Shown here: positions 60,401 to 64,000 of the stretch, piece after piece
Position numbering within the stretch: the first letter of the stretch is position 1
How the letters are laid out: each line of letters begins with the position of its first letter
Assembly (NCBI GenBank): GCA_964389655.1
Contig: CAYMED010000004.1
Span: forward strand, 34,593 to 98,592
Direction of reading: 5' to 3'
Source: an uncultured Candidatus Poseidoniales archaeon
GTDB lineage: Archaea; Thermoplasmatota; Poseidoniia; Poseidoniales; CAYMED01
Length of the DNA: 64,000 nt
Made by a program: the position numbers and the translations under genes
Notes under the pieces: model-generated
The model's database searches: none
What the model was told of the DNA's origin: nothing
The model's input: only the letters and a program-made list of their open reading frames with translations

Positions 60401-62681
60401 AATACTTACAGCAAATGGCGCTCCGATAACAGATGGTGATACGACTTGGATGATACTTCGCATAGCCTCAATAGATGGGACGTTAGGGACGCCTTCACCT
60501 GTGTTTGGTCCCTTCACGACAAGTGATGAAATTCCAAGCGCCCCAGAATGGGCAAATGCATCAGTACCTGATGATGTGTTACGCTGGGGTGAACTTGATT
60601 TGGAATGGGGAGAATGCATTGGGCATGATATTGAATATACACGTATAAGGAGTTCTAACGCTCCTATTTTGGATTCTCTTGGGCTGAAAATCGAACGTGA
60701 TGTTGCTCAAAATCGAGGAAATAAAAGCACACTTGTCCTAGACCATTTAATCGGAATGCCAACATGGTTTGCCCTGACATGTGTTGATTTTTCCGGGCAA
60801 GAAGATGTATCAAACGCCACAGTAATTGGGCCATTTGTTCCGCGAGATCAGCCGCCCGACATTATCCCCCCAGATCGCTTGGAAAACCTTCAGGCACGAG
60901 ATACACCCAATGATGATGGCGGAAGTATTACTGTAAGTTGGGACCGTTCCTCAACGGATGATTGTGCATATATTGTGATTGGTGCAATCCCATCCTCTGA
61001 ATTAGAAATTGGCACCACGCCCACTTCAACAGATTTGCTCGTCGCTCAAATTATATCTGATTGTGGTTCTGAAATGGTACAACTCATTCGGATAGGTGAT
61101 TCTCCACTTATGGATGGAACCTTGTACTGGATTGGTGCTTGGGCGGTCGATCAATCAGGCAATGCTGGTGATACATTGATTGTGAATGCCACACCAATCG
61201 ATAATTTAGGTGGTTTAGCCATGATCCCCGACCGAATTGAGGTGATCGAAATATGGGATGTTGCAAATGACACGGGCAATGCATTACGAATTGAATGGGA
61301 ACCCACCGATGATCCATATTTCTGGTACTATGTTGTTTGGATTAGCACACACCCAACAGATAATGTGTTCCCATTATTTAGTTCTAAAGGGCTGGATCCT
61401 CGCTATTGTGGCTGTTATGTGGTTCGAAATCGAGACCCACTTACCGAAGAATCTCTCATGGGCATTTCAGTCACTGAAGCTCTCTCTGGTGGAACAGGGC
61501 CAACTACTGCTTCGGTTCGTGATATTGTGCCGGGAGTGACATATTATGCCTCTGTTACTGTACATGATGTGCAAGAGGATGTACACCTCAATGGCTTAGC
61601 AATTGCAAGTGGAGAAGCAATTGACAATATCAAGGATAAAACACCTCCACAACCCCTCTCAACACCTGAAGTTGAAGACCGACCCCGTGATCATGGAACT
61701 GCAATTCAATTTCGATTTTCAGAAAGTAATGCCCCTGATTTAGCCGGATATCTTGTGTTTGCCGATATTGAACCGATTACGGATGCTTCGCTTTTGGAAC
61801 CAGTTGTATCCCTTGGACGTGATGCAGCATCATCATGGCATGAAATAAGCACCTATAGTGATGGCAGCAAAATAAACAAAACATTTGTTCATGTTGCAGT
61901 CGTACCTTTTGACCATTCAAATAATGAGCAAAGAAATGGACTTTCTTCAGCAGGGGCGCAGGCAGTGGATGACACAACAACCTTGCCCACCGCTCAATCC
62001 ATTTCCATCTCTTGGAGCACTCTTGATGACATATTAATTGTTGAATGGATTTCATCTAAACCAATCATTGATGGGAACTGGCACATTGTGATAAGTAATA
62101 CTTCTTTCACTCAGTTTAATTCAAGCATGGTGATATTCGAACGGCCAATAAGCCCAGCCCTTCTAACAGGAATTGACCCCTTACAAGATCATTATCTTGG
62201 CATACATTATGTCGCAGAAGATGGGTTTAACAATACCCTGTTCGATTCAATTCTTGTTCCAGCAAGGCCTATCACTGAAGCAGATGGCGTGGTAAATGGT
62301 ACGGGCCGGGGGGTTGCATCCATTCTTCCATCTGGAGTAGGAATTGCTCCATTGTTATCTACTCTCGCAGCCTTGTTTTCTCTCATTGCACTTGTGATGG
62401 TTCTTCGTGGCCGGCGCAAACGGCGCGATGATATGTGGATGGATCCCGCCGTTTGGAGGGACGTGGACCCATCATCAGAGGATTTGTGGTCTGATCAGGG
62501 AGTTTCTTCTTCCGTAAATTATTCTCAAGACTCAGCACCCACAATTGGTGTTCAACAACAACCCCTAACACAGATTCAAGACCAAGCATACAATGAGATT
62601 TATTCCCCTCAAATTTCATCAGACCCATATGGACAATCATCTTCTGATTTAGATATGGGATTTCTTGATGATCTACTTTGA
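54405..62681 (+). CDS. Giant (2758 aa) single-pass surface glycoprotein: tandem Reg_prop-like beta-propellers, FN3-like repeats, TM helix, acidic cytoplasmic tail
   Basis: Signal peptide; repeated GVxRYD...WLxPW...GLxSxxV blades; repeated DxxxDxG..I..xW units; many NxS/T sequons; TM followed by RGRRKRR. Confidence 0.85.
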   Translation: MSSDGAAPLTRIGPVICMLMLTSLLLPIVPVAAAHQGGHAWSVAWPKEGSNDTGWMRINATGADFVNGVPAEGGFTIPFAPSALISNLTFEVRVDGQTGVWIDSPVLEAGSGREIVLDASALGGFGHTTEFIDGKSHSGRINQGADVTTGWDIPDGANITHLSVETLRPLDPIVSFSQENFSILATALHPHDGRLFLSVSNFGLISLDRNINPSVVDVADSSDPPTSLLVDSSRSRLLGLAENHSLLSWDLDSGISQPMSVPAANGVDYLHQSANGQIFGLGDGIACKLLISQSGDNWDCSTANWAPTSPVQDTLEHGNILYIATSGDGVLRINLNTGLSQSPWTAQGFLPDNHVNELHLMGDQLLMATEGGGVGRYDLNLAQWLQKWDTNNGLSSNFVRDLSDVPGSVLVLTDTSLHPYDTTLGSFNPGLLLNTAGLSRGSDSLIEWPAIGSRAPANDAILATDGSGRLVEFLSSSPTQVHATLLLGTSPTGEVMGPIAESGNLIFTASGQTLDRFDQSIQRWLPSVDVGSPITDIAIMPATSGSAALPPRVYLGTENGLRQIDATSAPSPPIVTFTTSDGLLDNMVDHIVTDPISGHVAIAHINEGLSVFSSYNSVVVRTHTMNPRTSPQTPNFDDLSSDEITDLAIHDGVVHIGTLDDGVLRMVVGNGTWKSPWGSLGVDKSDIMPTSSDGTVLYTGIFNYGVLRYDLAASEFLSPWEFSGGGGNVPGGGSNSPDQQVSSIDALSSGTIVVGTYSAIWVTTNAGQSWSRFNGIGRNGLATFDLDHDSNYIYAGTNNGVCRFDRSTSPPTLDECWDQGDGLASDYAYSVRVQGSKLLVGLEGGAAVLDIASGTILQTWEKEGGASNAIAVEVNGVVYLALRYEGIERYDLATSSWLSGWSSQNTPGIASDDIQAMIVSDTPNHIWIGGSFGVIQLNLANASQTYYWKAGSQNPTVRSNAVSHLVEHSGVLHLAYSQDDIIDRIIISNATSLAGLDTGSLLGQQWMVTRHMGQAGDDLIIGAQEWWTGGLEGGGIVRYNMVTRQVTEAILGSGSIDNVMIEELSGGDVLIAYAGHGYRRVSSSGSIISEWGESQNRSIDVSDIAVVGNVAYVSTSVGVMRYDSVNDTWLSPWDSSNGGLPSSVSDNILSIEEINGDLWIGTPREGWWQPEYISQLDFSAGSWNTWRPGQNNLPSGDPVDFVECGGLVNVALQSNRGFGGGGQQGQGGGIGFIDAATQSVSGQLNPSSTSQRYPSSLACDDQNVLYIGYSSQGTSSPGQGLRRYDHGNSTALPALKEGEGVSSDAVSYRSMTWDNGWLIAGHSLVGAKGGISAIKVRGSSGMGSNGSYTELGIAVTDPGHMGNTWWVGRPGGLAGLSSVESWAGKYLTAVVDQYLYLPTGYITGVSGNSTHIYILSGWVGSQQGVIEGIYQSGGGISWKRGWNPGTLSDPDDIFLHDGTLFVSTEGDGLWSINLTKGTNSAIPGTLHKEGGSLSLAGDHLVLGLRGSPSTNAGVQVWNTTTNNWVGGDILPGLPGSMVFDMAIDNGLVLFATNGGIGVWNDTTSEWQSALTVGSGLISNVVYGLDFVGTDLWVSSDVGLMRLSFPGFGVLSTHGVSSGLLENRMVFTHKLIDPSGTTILAISHPGVSGRPGVSLFNPSTRLVVDTVQPDPLPSNTIVALSGDSWGVHIACDSAPLVHWSSTNGAFEFGATPFTLGGWPIIGLASDGIYLGVLLPTDTVIISVVNPQHNVIGKTGISSRGGVFSGRTVMTTSDDGLHRFSITPSVVELPRIVARRATPLSAMAFGQRVDVTLQSHIGMSSEVINPSFPINSMSNSSRLIDAGGISYETIPFALTSPIDGSATWARTVSLNYSGTWDLAALDPTLEGRLQYQIDTAPLVGSRMLNFELSSPLNGSIEVRATFDWIRTEPPAIILRAWDRPADGGGAVEAEWALSSEAAEFGSYNLYLEQGPVAEFFNLDDRTPDFTLSKWDHNSTLMGTSPILTANGAPITDGDTTWMILRIASIDGTLGTPSPVFGPFTTSDEIPSAPEWANASVPDDVLRWGELDLEWGECIGHDIEYTRIRSSNAPILDSLGLKIERDVAQNRGNKSTLVLDHLIGMPTWFALTCVDFSGQEDVSNATVIGPFVPRDQPPDIIPPDRLENLQARDTPNDDGGSITVSWDRSSTDDCAYIVIGAIPSSELEIGTTPTSTDLLVAQIISDCGSEMVQLIRIGDSPLMDGTLYWIGAWAVDQSGNAGDTLIVNATPIDNLGGLAMIPDRIEVIEIWDVANDTGNALRIEWEPTDDPYFWYYVVWISTHPTDNVFPLFSSKGLDPRYCGCYVVRNRDPLTEESLMGISVTEALSGGTGPTTASVRDIVPGVTYYASVTVHDVQEDVHLNGLAIASGEAIDNIKDKTPPQPLSTPEVEDRPRDHGTAIQFRFSESNAPDLAGYLVFADIEPITDASLLEPVVSLGRDAASSWHEISTYSDGSKINKTFVHVAVVPFDHSNNEQRNGLSSAGAQAVDDTTTLPTAQSISISWSTLDDILIVEWISSKPIIDGNWHIVISNTSFTQFNSSMVIFERPISPALLTGIDPLQDHYLGIHYVAEDGFNNTLFDSILVPARPITEADGVVNGTGRGVASILPSGVGIAPLLSTLAALFSLIALVMVLRGRRKRRDDMWMDPAVWRDVDPSSEDLWSDQGVSSSVNYSQDSAPTIGVQQQPLTQIQDQAYNEIYSPQISSDPYGQSSSDLDMGFLDDLL

Positions 62682-62726
62682 ACTTACTTTGTCGAATGGT
62701 TGAAGGACAACTTGCTTGTGCGATGA

Positions 62727-63110
62727 GTGTCAACTATGCCATCATGCCGCAATTGCTCGTCGATCTTTCCAGTGGATCACATGATTCCTGGCAATGGACC
62801 TCGAAAAGACATCTGTGCGCGTTGTGGTGTTGAATTAGGTTTAATCGATGCTACAGAAGCTTCTCAATTTCTTGATGCGGATTTAGCCAAGGCCCGCACT
62901 ACTGCACTTTCTCAACGCCTTATCCCTTGGGTTTGGTTAGGGATGATTTGGATGTTTCAACTGACTTTGTTTGTAAGGGTGTCTTGGTTGTCGAAGGTTG
63001 GGTTTGTAGTAGCTATACTTTCAACTATTGTTGTCCCAATTTTGGAATGGATTAGGCTTCCCCGACATCGAGCCACAATGTCCTCTCTTACACCAAGTTG
63101 GCCATCATGA
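62727..63110 (+). CDS. Small Zn-ribbon membrane protein
   Basis: CRNC...CARC followed by two TM helices. Confidence 0.68.
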   Translation: MSTMPSCRNCSSIFPVDHMIPGNGPRKDICARCGVELGLIDATEASQFLDADLAKARTTALSQRLIPWVWLGMIWMFQLTLFVRVSWLSKVGFVVAILSTIVVPILEWIRLPRHRATMSSLTPSWPS

Positions 63111-63164
63111 GTTATCACGATCATTTCACCGCTTTATTGAAATAAGGTAAAGCACCCCGAAAAT

Positions 63165-63187
63165 TAGAGGGAACGTTGGGTTCCCTA
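63165..63187. promoter_or_regulatory. Palindromic element copy 1 (AGGGAAC-N5-GTTCCCT)
   Basis: Perfect 7-bp inverted repeat at 63168-63174 / 63180-63186; recurs at 63359-63381. Confidence 0.55.
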
Positions 63188-63358
63188 TGAATGAAACCCT
63201 GATTGGATGATGCGGAGGACTGAATACAACCACACCACACAACCCCTAACTGAGTGCGCTTTCACGTATAAGCGCTCAAAGATAGAGAATGTGTGGGTCT
63301 CCGCAAACTCTGAACCTCCTGTATGCAAACCCAGTCTTTTTGCAGGTGTTGCAGCAGA

Positions 63359-63381
63359 TAGAGAGAACAGAGGGTTCTCTA
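63359..63381. promoter_or_regulatory. Palindromic element copy 2 (AGAGAAC-N5-GTTCTCT)
   Basis: Perfect 7-bp inverted repeat at 63362-63368 / 63374-63380, just upstream of the TGAGGT RBS. Confidence 0.55.
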
Positions 63382-63398
63382 ACTTCTAGTAAAAAAAA

Positions 63399-63404
63399 TG
63401 AGGT
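63399..63404 (+). promoter_or_regulatory. Shine-Dalgarno sequence TGAGGT
   Basis: 7 nt upstream of in-frame ATG 63412. Confidence 0.7.
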
Positions 63405-63411
63405 AATGAAA

Positions 63412-64000
63412 ATGAATGTAATGGAAAAGAAAGCAAGTGTGTTAATCGCTCTGCTGCTCGCTCTGATGGGTTTCTCCGCCGGAGTTAGCGCTGAAGGATC
63501 AGATCCGCTAGATGGTTCTGATGGAGGCGCTGACTGGGATGGAGATGGTCTCACCAATGCTGAGGAGCAAGAGGCTGGAACGAATATGGACAATGCCGAT
63601 AGCGATGGCGATGGTCTCCCAGATGGTTGGGAATCTAGCAATGGCTTAGACCCTCTCCAAGGAGGAGATGGCGGCAATGACGATGACGGTGACGGACTCA
63701 CGAATGCGCAAGAGTATGCTAAGGGTACTCTCCCACAAGAGGGGGATACGGATGGCGATGGCCAAAGTGACGGTCAAGACCCATTCCCAACAGACCCAGC
63801 AAACGGCGAATTCACCGACAGCGATGGCGACGGCATCCCCGACGTGTATGACCCTGATTTCCGCCAAAATGGTGACGGATCCGGAAACGGACAGACATCA
63901 GGTGGCGGACAATCTGAGGAAGGCGGCGAAGGCGAAGGTCAAGGTCAAGGTCAAGGCCAAGGTCAAGGCCAAGGTCAAGGCCAAGGTCAAGGCCAAGGTC
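63412..64000 (+). CDS. Secreted acidic Ca-binding repeat protein (DxDGDG repeats) with (Gly-Gln)n tract; 3'-truncated, absent from the ORF track
   Basis: Manual translation: MNVMEKKASVLIALLLALMGFSAGVSA-EGSDPLDGSDGGADWDGDGLTNAEE...DSDGDGLPDGWE...DDDGDGLTNAQEY...DTDGDGQSDG...DSDGDGIPD...GQGQGQ; no stop before the window end; alternative ATGs at 63406 and 63421. Confidence 0.88.
   Translation, partial: MNVMEKKASVLIALLLALMGFSAGVSAEGSDPLDGSDGGADWDGDGLTNAEEQEAGTNMDNADSDGDGLPDGWESSNGLDPLQGGDGGNDDDGDGLTNAQEYAKGTLPQEGDTDGDGQSDGQDPFPTDPANGEFTDSDGDGIPDVYDPDFRQNGDGSGNGQTSGGGQSEEGGEGEGQGQGQGQGQGQGQGQGQGQG
63937..64000 (+). repeat. Coding hexamer tandem repeat GGTCAA/GGCCAA encoding (GQ)n
   Basis: 10 full units plus a partial one, turning into a 12-bp period (GGTCAAGGCCAA); continues off the window. 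Confidence 0.95.

Noticed and set aside
63165-63381. Palindromic repeats as a mini-CRISPR array
   Set aside because: Only two good copies plus one degenerate copy, irregular and overlong spacing, variable loop, and no cas genes
63276-63867. Minus-strand ORFs 63276-63701 and 63646-63867
   Set aside because: Antisense shadows of the plus-strand Asp/Gly-rich gene, which has an RBS and signal peptide

Overview
Gene-dense archaeal-type chromosomal segment, about 42% GC by eye, with many overlapping or coupled genes. A PGF-CTERM sorting tail, the surface-protein repertoire and bacterial-type metabolic enzymes suggest marine Thermoplasmatota such as Marine Group II/Ca. Poseidoniales; this is inference, no search was run. 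Housekeeping genes: purL (3' part), purQ, eno, a class I/II aminotransferase, tRNA-Cys(GCA), rlmH, a PduO-type cobalamin adenosyltransferase, a YbaK-family deacylase, an FMN glutamate-synthase-family protein, icd, maeB and pyk. Surface and secreted proteins: two tandem beta-propeller lipoproteins, a CocE/NonD hydrolase, a 1923-aa PGF-CTERM repeat protein, a 2758-aa propeller/FN3 membrane protein, and a Ca-binding/(GQ)n protein that runs off the right edge and is missing from the ORF track. No CRISPR array, transposase, integrase or reverse transcriptase was seen. Best candidates for undescribed systems: (i) a 1138-aa alpha-solenoid-PIN nuclease next to NUDIX and DHH genes; (ii) a PQQ-type dehydrogenase coupled to a membrane-anchored CxCH Reeler-like protein; (iii) a repeated 7-5-7 palindrome with a compensatory change upstream of the (GQ)n gene; (iv) a WD40/GNAT/TerB-like divergon; (v) a shared acidic 'DDLL' C-terminal motif. 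All family calls come from motif recognition by eye.
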